In this document: positions 13,614 through 27,370 of the stretch, one piece after another | How the letters are laid out: each line of letters opens with the position of its first letter | How positions within the stretch are numbered: the first letter of the stretch is position 1 | Made by a program: the position numbers and the translations under genes | The notes under the pieces: generated by a model | The model's input: the letters and a program-made list of their open reading frames with translations, nothing else | Databases searched by the model: none | Told to the model about the DNA's origin: nothing | NCBI GenBank assembly: GCA_951406725.2 | Contig: OX597830.1 | Coordinates: forward strand, 13,764,001-13,828,000 | From: Octopus vulgaris | Lineage: Eukaryota | DNA: 64,000 nt | Reading direction: 5' to 3'

Positions 13614-15049
13614 ATAGCATAATGTCTAGCGGAAACAGAAATTCTGTTTTTTCTGCATTATGTAAATGGAAGAAGATCGAAAAAACTTGTTTCTTGCATT
13701 ATTGCTTTAGATTTTGATGCCTATAAATTTATGATTAGAATAACTCCTATGCGCCGCTGTACACATATACACACATTTACTGAAACACATAGTCACACAT
13801 GCAAACACACGCATACACCGACACATTAGTACACAAACATACATATACATTAAAATGTTATATCATGTAGAGTGCTGACTTGTTTTTCTATCGGCCTAAA
13901 TATCGCTCCAAAGTAATCGTCTTCTCTCCCTTTCTCGCTCTTTTTATATACATACATGCATACATGTTTGTACGTGTATGTGTGTGTGTCTGTCTGTCTG
14001 TGCATTTATCGATTGGTCGAAGCAAAAGAAAGTACACTTCTTGTTAAGTTACAAAGGTAACCGAACACTGCTCAAGTCCAGAAATTCATCGTAAAATGCT
14101 TGAGAAACGGTATTGTTTGTCAATAGAGATCTTCAGTCAACACTCTCAAAAACTTGTATGCGGACGCTATGTTCAATTTCTCACTGTGTAGTTTGGGTGA
14201 CCAAGTATTTCACAGCCACTTGTCCTGTTAAAGTCATTATCATTTGGAATCAGTGTGACACGGCGTGATAGACTGGCTCTTTAAGTCACAGATAAACTCC
14301 ATCGAAAGTGATTTTACTATTTCTTATTACCCAAGCCCATTCGCAAGTCTTGGATCGACCTGAGACTTTGGTTAAGGGCCATTCACAAAGTTTGATTAAG
14401 GACCATTCGCATTAAGACCGAATCTATGACCTTGTGGTTGCAAAGTGAACTACGTATGGCTCGGTTGGGTATAATTCACACATGCGCGCACACACGTCCA
14501 TACGTCCAGCATACACACACAAAGAGTCCTTAAGGACACCAAAAATCATTACACTGTCCCTCGATCTACAAGAAACACCAATCATGTTTCTTTTAAACCA
14601 CAATTTACCGTTTTAATGACTTACACATAAAGAGCCATTAATGACTTGGTATAACAACCACGAAGTCTCAGTTTCGAACCTTAGCCGAGGTACTTCGATA
14701 AAGTTCTCTCATAGTCACAGGTCAGTCCAAGTTTTGTAAGTGGAATCGAGAATAAAATATGTTCAAACGCGTATTTCATTCTAATACTCAGCGTTGAAAT
14801 ACACTTTATCACACTGATATAGCTTGATGTATATGTGTCTATTGAATATTCGACCACTTATATTATATCCTATGTAATTTAATGTTACATAGGGGGATCA
14901 TATTATCGGATAATTGGAATATTCATCGCTGGACTCGACAACATTGAATGTGTGTGTTTGCGCGTTTGTGAATGTGTACGTGTGTTTGAAAGTGTGTGCG
15001 TGAATGTGTGTGAGTATGTATCATTTACTAACATTTTTTCTGCATCTCT

Positions 15050-15088
<39 letters not shown>

Positions 15089-15504
15089 TCAAACACACAC
15101 ACACTCATTAACATAACACACATACATAGAACAAAGGATTTGTGCAGTTTTGTGAATTGTCTCAGGACCAGATGTAGCCATCAACTTTAAAATGGGACAA
15201 GTGGCTATTTTAACACTCAGCTTCTTCACAAGGACGTTAGGCGAATCGAAACCTGGGTCATTGGCTCGATTTATCGATATTTACCTTCTGCATCACATCT
15301 CTTGCCATAGAACCCATACGCTACGCGATGATCACTTGGGCTGTCAGAAACAACAACCAAACATGCATCACATTCAAATAACATATTCTTAGATGCACTA
15401 TGCCTGAAAAAGACAAAAAACAGGACAAAGCATGGTTACAGTAAAGATTGCTTTGATCGTAGAAGTGCTCCTTGGACTAACGCACCACCAATACCACCAC
15501 CACC

Positions 15505-15538
<34 letters not shown>

Positions 15539-16024
15539 CAGCAACACAATACTACACACACACAACCATATCATAGCCGTACTATTTTATGTGGAAGCTA
15601 TCCACCATCGTTTGCCCTCGCCATTCCTCCCCACTGTTTTAATTTCTCATTTCTCTCTCACTCCCCCTACGTCATTATTAACCGAAATATTTATTCACCT
15701 GGTTATGAAGATATCCACATGGCTGGAGTTTGAACCTAACGAGCATATACAGATATCAGAAAATGTGTGTGTGTGTGTGGTTGTGTCCATGTATGTATGT
15801 GCGTATGCATGTATATATGTATGTATGTATGTGTCTAGAGCTACGTGTCTTTGTATCTAGATTAAATTAGAATGGGCAACTTTGTGTGCATGTACACATG
15901 TCGTACTCTAATTTACAATGTTATACGTTAGAGTGTATGGAATATGAAGTTGCTACGTGGGATATTACAACGTTATGTGTGTTTGCATGTAAGTGGGTAT
16001 ATGCGCATGTATATATACATATAT

Positions 16025-16118
<94 letters not shown>

Positions 16119-16240
16119 GTGTATGCTTGTAATTTTTATGAATTGCAGAGATATGCTTCTACCTATATGTGTGCGTTTCATTAATGTGTTTAATTTAATA
16201 ATGCCTGTATATGTTTTATTTGCGTGATGTGCATGTATGC

Positions 16241-16281
<41 letters not shown>

Positions 16282-16801
16282 TAGGTATATATGTATATAC
16301 ACATATATACATATACATACATGCATACATATATATGTATATACACGCATATACATATGTATGTATGAGTATATATATATATATATAGGCATGTCTGTTC
16401 TTGTAGACGTGTATATGTATGTGTCAACGAATATACATGCACGATGTGCGTATATGCGTATGTGTGTGTGTGTGTGTGTGTGTGTGTATTGATGTGTTGG
16501 TGGCTCTATAACAGGCGGACAGCACTTGTGTGTATGATAAGATAATTATGTTTTTTCCCCCCCACCTCCTCGGAGAAGAGATGTGTATTGAAATTTCTCG
16601 TAGCTTCTACAAAATTTAAAAAGGAAAACAGTAAAAAGAATTTTAAAATTTGAATAATAAATTGCACATGCAGAAAAAGCAACAATAACATGAAATTTAA
16701 ATAAATAAAACAACGGAGATAAGTAAGGTGGTGGGACAAGAGAGATCGCAGAGCGAGAAGAAATGTAAAAGAAACTTTCAATAAACCAACAAAAAATATT
16801 T

Positions 16802-16867
<66 letters not shown>

Positions 16868-16888
16868 GCGACGATGACGACGATGATG

Positions 16889-16966
<78 letters not shown>

Positions 16967-17101
16967 TGCAGAAGGATTAAAATTCAACTTTTTTTTTACT
17001 GCCCTCTTCGAATTTGTTTTATACTGAGTAGATTTTCTCTAATATTGCTCCAAATTCCTTGTCTTAATCTCTGGGTTAGGGAAGAGGTCGACTCGTTGAT
17101 G

Positions 17102-17155
<54 letters not shown>

Positions 17156-17423
17156 AAGAGAGAGAAAGAGTGACAGAATCGAAGTTAGGGTGGAAGGGAA
17201 TAGAAAGGCGTAGCGTTGTTGTTGGCAGAGAGAACAGACGATATGATGTCTTCAGGAAGAAAAAAAATAAAATAAAACCAAGCTAACAGTAAAAATTTAA
17301 ATTAAAAACAACAACAGCAAAAACAACAAAAAATTATATATATGAATGCAAATTTTAAGAAAATGAAAAATAGGGGACAAGGCAAAGAAGTGAGATCAGT
17401 GTTGGTAGGGAGGAGATTATGAC

Positions 17424-17462
<39 letters not shown>

Positions 17463-17639
17463 GGTGATATGGGGAGAAGAGGAAAGAAATAAAAGGTAAA
17501 TGAAGGAAGAGGAGCAATGAGAGGTGGATAGATAGATAGATGTAAGTACGTACGATATTTCGATTGATTGATAGTTAGTTAAATAGATATGGGGTAGATA
17601 GATAAATTGATAGACATACAGATAGACAGCCAGACAGGC

Positions 17640-17702
<63 letters not shown>

Positions 17703-17772
17703 CAGACAGATAGACAGACAGATATATAGATAGATGGATAGATAGATAGATAGATAGATAGATAGAGAGATG

Positions 17773-17837
<65 letters not shown>

Positions 17838-18060
17838 GTAGATAGATGGATGGATAGACAAAGAGCTTGACAGGGAGATAGACAGATAGATAAATAGATA
17901 AACAGATAGAGAGAGAGCCTGGAAAGCGCTTAAAAGCGGGAAGGAGTTATAAGGGGGTTAATAAAAAGTACAATTAAAAATGGAGGATGAAATGAAAAAA
18001 CAAATGATCGAGAGAGAAAGCGAGAGAGAAAGAGGAGGAACGAAGAGAAGATCTGGGTAA

Positions 18061-18128
<68 letters not shown>

Positions 18129-18755
18129 GTGAGAAAGGGTTAAAGGGAGGATGAGGAAGTTCTAGAAAGAGATTCAGTGAGATATTAAATTTCAAGAGAG
18201 AATTTTTAAGAGAGTGACAGACATAAATTAAATACAGAAAAATTGAAATGAAGAATGCCATGAGAGAGGACGAGCGAGAGGGGTAAGATAGAGTTTGGGG
18301 GAGAGTATGAAATGAAATGAAAGTGAGTTTTAAAAAAAAAAGTGGGGAGAGAGAGAGATTGTGCGTGAATGGGTGTTAGCAATGAGGGACAGTGTTGTAG
18401 AGAGGGGACATTAAGACAGGCAGACTATGATTGAATGAATATATGCATTAATAGCAGGACTGGAGGAAAAAAAAAGAGCCTGAAAAAAAAAAAATCTTTT
18501 AAAAAAATTTCAAAATTAAAAAGTAAAAAACATACAAAAAATTCCATTTTGTGGATGGCGAGACGTGAAAAAAAATTTTGAAATAATTTTTTTTTAAGAT
18601 ATTTTATTTGAATTTTTTAAATTTTTTTAACAACAACCCCCTTTTATTGTGACAGGGATAAGGATCTCAGTGTAATGCTACAGTGGCAACTGAGGGGTTA
18701 GAAAATACCATATTCTATCTATCACCCTCTCTTTGCTTTCTCAGAATTTTTACCT

Positions 18756-18786
<31 letters not shown>

Positions 18787-19039
18787 GGCTCTCACATTCT
18801 CTATTTCTCTCTCAGTTTCACTTTCTGCTTATCTTTTCTTCTGTCAACCCTTTTTTTTTTTTTTAAAAAAAACCTTTCCCCTTTTTCTTCTCCGTCCCTC
18901 TTTTTCTCTTACTTAATTCAGGTTGGGAAATAAAACATTAGAGAGCCGATGGGCATTGAGAGGCAATAAAGCATGTCTACCCCCACCCACACTCACTCTT
19001 CCTCCATCAACTAACAACATCCCTTCACTGTGATATCAT

Positions 19040-19790
19040 AGTGATGATGATGATGATCATCATCATCATCAGGCACATCATCATCGTAGTCGTCGTCGTC
19101 GTCGTCATCATCATCATCATCACCATCAATATCATCATCATCATCGTCATCATCATCATCATCATCATCATCGTCATCATCATTGGCGAGCATCAGTTCT
19201 AATTCAGAGACATCAGCCGCCAGCACCAAATTCTAAATCATGAACAAACCCCACCAACAAAACTGCATAAATATTTCACTTTTTTTTCATTTTTTTGTCT
19301 TAAAATAAAGTATAACATTACCGTCGACCTGAGCCATCTACTCATTTACTTCCTCCTGCACCGCTTCGTCGTTGTCATCATCATCATCATCATCATCATC
19401 GTCATCACCATCATTATCGTCATCATTATCATCATCATTACCACCACCATCATCACAATCATCATCATCATCGTCGTCGTCATCATCACCATTACCACCA
19501 AAATCACCACCACCACCATCACCATCACCACCACCACCACCATCACTATCACCACCATCATTATCATCATCGTTGTAGACATCATTATCATCATCATCAT
19601 CATCATTAACACCACCATCATCACAATCATCATCGTCGTCATCATTACCACCACCACCACCATCATTAACATCATCGTCGTAGACGTCGTCATCATCATC
19701 ATCACCACCACCACCACAACCACCACTATTATCACTATAATCATCATCATTATCATCATCATCACCATCATCCTCGTCGCTGTGGTCGTT
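19040..19790. repeat. (CAT/CAC/CGT)n degenerate trinucleotide region
   Basis: Direct reading. Confidence 0.85.
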
Positions 19791-20305
19791 ATAATTCCCA
19801 TGAATAAGTATGATACACCGCCCATCTCATGGATCCCCACCGTTAACATCAAGCCACTGTGGTCATCATCGACCCCTACAACTGAATCTGTATTTTCCAT
19901 CAAATTTATTAATACGACGGTATCATCTCCACAACCATTCTTTATATCACGTACATTAGCACTAACAGTGAGCTAATAAGGGATCTTTTATGGGGTGTCT
20001 CGACTTATTCGTAATTGTAATAAATGCTGCAAACATCGGATTTCTCGCCAAATACAGCAATATCTATTGCTACAAGAGTTTGCAACAAAGATCTTGCAGA
20101 CCAAGTACAGAAACGAAATATCTGGTTCGTGCTATTCACACCTACACTTCTATTTTGCGCAATACGAGTTTTCTTGGGGCTAAACAACAGCAGTATTACT
20201 ATTAGCTTCGGCAAAAGTCACTAAATGCAAATTTCTCATAGCCATAGATACTAACGGTACAACAACCGCCTGCATCATTGCTTGTATGTACCTTTGATAT
20301 GACAA

Positions 20306-20540
20306 TGGCGACGAGCTTGTAGAAACGTTAGCGTGCCGGGCGAAATGCCTAGCGGTACTTCGCCCGCCGTTAAGTTCTGAGTTCAAATTCCGCCGAGGTA
20401 GACTTTGCTTTTCATCCTTTCGGGGTCGATTAAATAAGTACTAGTTAATCAGCGGGGTCGATCTAATCGACTTAATCCTCTTATCTGTCCTTGTTTGTCC
20501 CCTCTATATTTAGCCCCCTGTGGGCAATAAAGAAATAAAT
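20306..20540 (+). mobile_element. SINE family A
   Basis: Full-length match to the family. Confidence 0.88.
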
Positions 20541-21115
20541 CACATTGACTAAGGTCAGTACAACCTTCTATATTAATGGTAACATACCATCTATACTATT
20601 TCCACCATAACGATGTATAATATTGACATTATCTATATATAACACAACTTCTATATCGTCATATAACACAGTTTCCTGTACTGTTGACGAATCAGCCAAC
20701 CATAACATTTCTATCACAACCGCCAGTAAAACAATTTATACCATTGATATCACAATTTATACCATTGATATTACGTCCAGCTCAACCCTTGGTACCGCAA
20801 CCATCCACACTATTACCAGTTCTGTGTCATACGCCTTTGGTAGCACAGTGACGCATACAACGATTATCACTGCCTCTAATACTGCCGTTAACACAATCAT
20901 TGCTACCATCATCATTCACAACGCTTTCAACGCATGCGTCAATAACGTCATTATCTATGCCAGTCTCATAATTTGCATTGCCACAAGCAGAAGCAAAGGC
21001 AATGGCAGCGACAACAACTACAACAGCAACAATAACAACAGCGACAGAAGCAATAGCACCAAAAAACAATAGTAACTGCAACAATCACAACAATAACATC
21101 ATCAGCAGCAACAGT

Positions 21116-21510
21116 GGAGGCGCAATGGCCCACTGGTTACGGCAGCGGACTCGCGGTCGGAGGATCGCGGTTTCGATTCCCAGACCGGGCATTGTGTGTG
21201 TTTATTGAGCGAAATCACCTAAAAAGCTCCATGAGGCTCCGGCAGGGGGTGGTGGCGATCCCTGTTGTACTCTTTCGCTCCAACTTTCTCTCACTCTTAC
21301 TTCCTGTTTCTTGTCCCCGACCTCCTTCGCAACCGCAGAGCCTGGATGCGCATTCATCCATCCGTCGATGCTCTCGGTGTCGGGGGTTGACCTGCTTTCT
21401 CTTCTGCGGGTCTTACGAATAGCAAAGGACCACGTTTCGGAATTCTCCCATCTTACGAGCTCTGGGAGGAAGACCGTTCGCTCAACAGCAACAGCATCAA
21501 CAGCAGCAAC
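21116..21510 (+). mobile_element. tRNA-derived SINE family C (resembles octopus OR-type SINEs; name not verified)
   Basis: Box A tggcccactgg, box B-like gtttcgattcc, (CAG/CAA) tail; second copy at 27371-27715. Confidence 0.85.
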
Positions 21511-21722
21511 AGCAACAATAACAATAAGGCTGAAAAGTGTGCTTGATGTCCCTTTTACCTGTAACAACTCCGTATCTCACTCAACCACTAAATGTGGTAT
21601 ACGCTATCATTATTATTATTACCATGACCATCTCCGCAATCTTTAATCACTGAAACAAGACAACACTGTCTTCCGAGCCACTAGAAACAGCAGTCATATT
21701 TCATTTAAATCACAACTTGCCG

Positions 21723-21976
21723 CAGCGTTTTTTGCCTATGGATCCCTTTGGTTTCAATTTTATTCGAATGGATCCCCCCCATAGCCATTTGATGTCTAAA
21801 AAGCTTATGCTTTAATAATGAAATATTTGGAATTGTATAAAAAATGTTTAAGGCTTTTGTGTATTGTAGAAGTATAACTAATTTATTGCAGATCAATCTT
21901 AATAGCAAAATATTATATGGGATCTCAAGGATCATATGGACTCCAAGGGTTATAAGGAGCCCGGTTGAGAACCAGT
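21723..21976. mobile_element. Decayed hAT/Charlie-like MITE
   Basis: Right end ggttgagaaccagtg is Charlie-like; internal atggaccc-like repeats; TSD poorly preserved. Confidence 0.5.
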
Positions 21977-22027
21977 GCTTTACCGTCTTAAAATATAGGA
22001 CACCTTGAGTAAGGTACTCCATAGAAT

Positions 22028-22329
22028 TGTTTGTTCATTCTCAAGTCATACCTGGCTCAAAGGGCCGGTTTCCCGGTTTCCCTGGCGTATAGGTCCCCCA
22101 CCTGGACGGGACGCCGGTCTGTCGCAGGTGAGCTGCAAGATGCAGGAGGAAAGAGTGAGAGAAAGTTGTGGCGAAACAGTCAGCAGAAGTTCGCCATTAC
22201 CTTCTGCCGGAGCCGCGTGGAGCTTAGGTGCTTCGCTTATAAACACACGCACCGCCCGGTCTGAGATTCGAACCCGCGATCCTTCGGCCGCGAGTCCGCT
22301 GCTCTAACCACTAGGCTACGTGCCTCCAC
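22028..22329 (-). mobile_element. tRNA-derived SINE family D (shares head and middle with family C, different 3' half)
   Basis: tagcctagtgg box A, gttcgaatc box B; 12-bp TSD actccatagaat at 22016-22027 and 22330-22341. Confidence 0.88.
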
Positions 22330-23117
22330 ACTCCATAGAATACACTAGCTAAAAAGAAAAGAGAGACAAACACAAAAAAGTCCATAACCATGTCCTTTAA
22401 TGTTAGGGGTTATTTTTAAGCCATAGTTGCCCCAAGGTTAACCAAAAATTAAGCTTAGTCATAGTTTTACTTCGCTTGATCACCACTACTGGTTCATCTG
22501 TCTCCATTGTATTCACTAATGTAAGATGTCAGAGCATCGGAAAATTGCCTTGCTGTATTTGATCCGACGCATTACGATCTTTGTTCAAATCATTCCTCCT
22601 GGAGTGGATAAAGTATCAGACATGTACTGGAGTCGATGTATTCAGCAAACCCATCCCTACCCATATACACTCGTACAGACACATAGATGTACAGACACAC
22701 AGACACACACACGTGCGCGTGACTATTCGGTAATACAGCAAACTTTACCCTTAATGAAAAAAAACTTTCATTTATCCAAGATGTCATCGGAATCTCCCTT
22801 GTTTCATTCACTTATGTGTCCCTTTTTTGCATATATTTATGCTGTATGCCTTTAAGTCCTGTAAACTAAGCAGCTCCACAACTAGAAACCTATAAAATTA
22901 GTACTAAATAGAAATATGTACTGGGGTTGATAGGAGCGATTAAACGTCCAATGGAGTTTCCTTGACATGGCAGCAGCTCAGTGAGTGGACCTAGTTAAAA
23001 ACGAAGAAAAACGAAAACAAAAAAAAAAAAAAAACAATCGAAAATAAAAGAACACACGACCAACAGGAGGTTATAAAGAAGTGACGTGTTTAACACTAAA
23101 CATTATAACAGAAATAA

Positions 23118-23539
23118 CGGATCTTTTTGGTTTGAACGGCAGTTTTTAACATAATTTCTAGGTAACTAAACACTTTTAAACTTCGTATATTGGTAGAATG
23201 TGTTTATAAAACATCTTTTTCTCTTGGCTTTACTGAGAAAGTTCTATGGTTTGTAAGATATTTGTTGGTGTTTTCTTCAATTTCTGCAATTTCAACCAAT
23301 CAATGACGTCTATTGAGGTAAAAAAAAGACATTCTGTGCCGTATGAATATGTCCCTCGTCTAAGAAACAGATTAGGTTTATTTACATTTCTAAAGAAAAA
23401 CAGATACCCTTCCTCCCACCCCTAACCCTAACCCTAAAACAGATTGAAATGCAATAGATCGATACTAGGGTCATAATCATGGGTGACAATTTCATATAAC
23501 ACCGCTAGAAAAAACTGCCGTTCAAACCGAAAAGATCCG
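23118..23539. mobile_element. Complete MITE with about 30-bp TIRs and internal CCCTAA repeats
   Basis: cggatctttttggtttgaacggcagttttt ... aaaaactgccgttcaaaccgaaaagatccg; 6-bp flanks aaataa and aaatag. Confidence 0.9.
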
Positions 23540-23851
23540 AAATAGCAATAACACATATAACTAATACTTATGACTCACCAAATAATTAAGACAATAAATG
23601 CAATTAGATTTACAGTAAATATTTCGTTGTTAGGCATGAATGATTTTTAGCTGATGATGTTGATGATGATGATGATGATGGTGATGGTGGTGGTGGTGGT
23701 GGTGGATCCTCTGTCAGTTTCGACGAAGAGCATTTAGTGGTTTTTGCTTAATTGAACAGTCTATTCGGTTAAATAAACGTGTATTTCATTAACGTTAAAG
23801 GCACGTGCCCCCTTAACGTAATTTTCAGGTGAAATTAGATTCACAGATACA

Positions 23852-23922
<71 letters not shown>

Positions 23923-24362
23923 GCACACACACACACACAATTCAGTACTTTCGAATTATGCTAGAATCCATGTAATGGGCTTCTATATAGTTTCCGTCTA
24001 CCAAGTTTTCCTTACAGGTTTTCAATAGACCCGAGGGTATGGTAGGACATTTGCCCTGCCTTGCCTCACAGTGGGATCAAACTCGGGGCCCTACGATTGC
24101 AAAGCTAACATCTTAACCACTAGGTCGCGTGTGCTTGCATTTGAAGATGCACGAGGAAGTCTATGGATTATTGGGATTTTTTACTTCTCTAATGGCAAAA
24201 ATAATTGTAAATATAAATTTGACATGTAATTTGATAGCAGTCGTAAAAGAACCCCTAATTATAACAATATCACGTGCAAGGGCAAGAACGATAGAAACAG
24301 TAATGGAAACACCAGCAGCAACGGCAGCAGCAACAAAATAAAACAACAACAAAAAAGTTATA

Positions 24363-24785
24363 CAGTTCTATATTTAAGAGATGAGGAATTATGTACATTA
24401 TTTACATTATTTACATTATTTACATTCGACGGATATTTGTCCTGACCTTGATTGTTGTTAACACAACGTTTCGGCTGATATACCCTCCAGCCTTCTTCAG
24501 GTGTTTTGGGGAAATTTCGAACCTGGGTTCTCATTCCTAAGGTATTTTTTGATGTTATTATTATTATTCATCCTTTCGGGGTCGATAAATTAAGTACCAG
24601 TTACGCACTGGGGTCGATATAATCGACTTAATCCGTTTGTCTGTCCTTGTTTGTCCTCTCTGTGTTTAGCCCCTTGTGGGTAGTAAAGAAACAAATTATT
24701 ATTATTGTTGTTGTTGTTGTTGGCGGTGGTGGTGGTGGTGGTGTTAGTGTTCAAGTCACTGCTAGGAATCGAACTTGGAATCTTG
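24363..24785 (-). mobile_element. HHR family 1 element (partial tRNA head at 24755-24785, microsatellite linker with a nested SINE A fragment at about 24569-24695, HHR body)
   Basis: Both head and body match 12881-13136. Confidence 0.8.
24460..24505 (-). ncRNA. Minimal type I hammerhead ribozyme
   Basis: AACAC-CUGAAGA-A-GGCUG/10 nt/CAGCC-GAAA-CG-UU-GUGUU: perfect 5-bp stems I and II, palindromic ACGU stem III, GUU site. Confidence 0.8.
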
Positions 24786-25414
24786 TAAAGTAAAAGAAAT
24801 CCGAACGAACATTAGAAATACTAGAAATCGCAACCAAATTTCCCTCAAAATCGCACATTGTAAGAGGAAATACAGATTAGATAAACATTGGATCTGTTGT
24901 ACAAGATGATGGAACGGTCTGGGCTGGAACAGGTTTGATTGTAGGTCATAAAAGGTAATGAGTGTAATTAGGACATCACAAGATTGCGAAGGTGATCAAT
25001 GTTTTGTATACAACTTGTACATGCAAGTGCTACCAGTCGAAAGCTCCGTATACCAGAAGCCAGCAAGTGTGTGGGGTCATCAGGAGAGAATGTGCTACGT
25101 TTCGGTGCCTACTTCTCGACGGCATCATTGCGCACCGGCCCCCTTCACTGATATTTAACCCTCTAACAGTAGGTGACAATGATGATAATGAGGATATTAG
25201 AAAATAATAAAAAGGTCCATATTCATGTATTTGGTATGATTGCTGTGAAACCTTTGTTTTTAATACTCAGAGATTGAAAGGTAGCAACGAAGACTCCGGT
25301 ACTCTCTCTGCGACTGGTGAACAGAAGGGAAGAAATTATCTTAAGAATGGAAACCTGAGAGCTTGCAACAACGCGGAGTATGTTAACCAGCCTCGAGGAC
25401 CGGGTGGTGGTATT

Positions 25415-25648
25415 AGGCCAACTGGCAGAATCGTCAGCACGCCGGGCGAAATGCTTAGCGGTATTTTGTCTGCCGTTACGTTCTGAGTTCAAATTCCGCC
25501 GAGGTCGACTTTGCCTTCCATTCTTTCGGGGTCGATAAATTAAGTACCAGTTACGCACTGGGGTCGATGTAATAGACTTTATCCGTTTGTCTGTCCTTAT
25601 TTGTCCCCTCTGTCTTTAGCCCTTTGTGGGTAGTAAAGAAATAGGTAT
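25415..25648 (+). mobile_element. SINE family A
   Basis: Match to the family. Confidence 0.85.
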
Positions 25649-25961
25649 TAAACTAGGCGGCGGATGAATTGTACAACACACACAGTTCAATCACTTTATT
25701 GCCTTACCAGACTTCTGTGCTTAAAGAACGTATCCATCATTCAAGACAACCCAGTTCTCAGGCATCCTGCTCCCTGCACCTAAAAGCCCAAATTCCAGAA
25801 ATTATGCTGTTGGCAATTTTCAAACTTTCTCATAATAATCGTTTCATGCCTATATTTGAGCTAACACGCTATCTTAAATAAAGCGCTTGGCAGTGTTCAG
25901 TGCTTTAGTTTGAGACGTGTATTTTTTGTACAGAAGGAAGATGGTAAATACCAAAATAAAT

Positions 25962-26210
25962 TCATCTCACCGCGTGAATCAATTCGTACAGTCGCTGATA
26001 ATCAATGTCCGTAGACACTGTTGATGGTCTCCCATTGCATGATTTCCTTTCAATATTCCATTCCCCTTCTATAAACTCCTTTATAAATCTGTGCACATTA
26101 TACTTCTCAGTGGTATCGTCTCTGTAAACAACCAGTGAATGCCGGACAACCTGCTGACACCACGCCTTCGTCGAAATCTTGGTGATGGTGCGTTGCTTTT
26201 GCTCCGACAC
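25962..26210 (-). pseudogene. Mariner transposase N-terminal HTH fragment
   Basis: KQRTITK...VYRDD...VHRFIKEFIEG...NGRPSTVST...LYELI resembles the mariner HTH consensus. Confidence 0.6.
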
Positions 26211-26352
26211 CCATTGTTTACCTTGAGTGAAGAAAGGGCGAGGCGTTACTCTACCAGACTATAGATTTAATTAGTTAAGCTCACTTTTGCGTTACTTTGG
26301 ATACAAAACTTCTACATACATACATACATACATACATACATACATACATACA

Positions 26353-26386
<34 letters not shown>

Positions 26387-26390
26387 CATG

Positions 26391-26742
26391 GTGGCTGCCC
26401 CCTCGTTATCGAGTTTGGCCATTGCACGAAGCTTAATCAATGTTGTTATCGTGCAATGCCTGTGCAAGAAGATTTATTTTAAAGTGAGGAAAGGCTGTGC
26501 ACTGAGTCAATCCCACTCACTAAGCAACAGCAGCCATAATCCGAAAAGAAGAGCAAGTCAACATCATCGGTAACCACTGAGCCGCAGGTTTTATTTCGGA
26601 GTAATCCCAGTTACCTGAGTTACCTTCTCCTAGAAGGATGCCCTAACAAAGGCTAGAAGTCCTTCACTCCCAATGGTTTAACCGCGCGATCGGGCATTCT
26701 GTCCGATTATTTCTATGTCCCCGCGCATGATACAGCCTTAAG
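26391..26742 (-). mobile_element. Non-autonomous RTE-derived bipartite retroposon
   Basis: RTE 5'-UTR-like motif ctaggagaaggtaactc; 17-bp TSD acatacatatatacatg on both flanks. Confidence 0.6.
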
Positions 26743-26940
26743 ACATACATATATACATGCAAACATGACTGCGCGTGTTAAACTTCTATTAGAAGCATAA
26801 AGTGCCGATATTTAAAAAGAGTAATCTTTAGATAAATTAGTCTGACATACACACTATGCCTGAAAACTAAGGTTGAAATGTGGTGGCATGTCTTTTTTTT
26901 ATAGCTAGTTTTGTGCGAGGAGCAGGGTCCATGCTGACCT

Positions 26941-26980
26941 TCTGAGACCTCTGAGACCTCTGAGACTCCTGAGACCTCTG
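26941..26980. repeat. 9-bp tandem repeat (tctgagacc), about 4.5 copies
   Basis: Direct reading. Confidence 0.85.
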
Positions 26981-27370
26981 TTACTCGACGACTGTATGAA
27001 GCTTGTACTGAGATTGAATTCGGAAGAACTTACCTTCTAGGTAATAGTCATGAGTTGTTTGAGGGAGACGGAATGTTGGTGGTGCAAGGGGGAAGAGACA
27101 AACGAATTGACTGGTGTTTTAGCCGAGGTAGTACAGAACAAATTAGTGTCGAGGAACAGAGATAATCATCGAAGCAGTAGAGAAGACAAATAAAAAGCAA
27201 AGGTGAGGGGAGAAAGAAAGATAGAGAGAGAGAGTGAGTGAGAGGGGGAGAAAAAGAGAGAAAGAGAGAATAAAGTTCATTATACTCCAAAAGCTAGGCT
27301 ATATTCATTAACCAGTGGCTTTGCTCTGTTTATGGTCGAGGATGTCAGTGCGTGTTTCAGTAGCACCGTA

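Noticed and set aside
20623-21072. 149-aa Thr/Ile-rich ORF
   Set aside because: Decayed ACC/ATC/AAC microsatellite with a non-ATG start
26941-26980. CRISPR-like array
   Set aside because: Contiguous 9-bp tandem repeat with no spacers, in eukaryotic context
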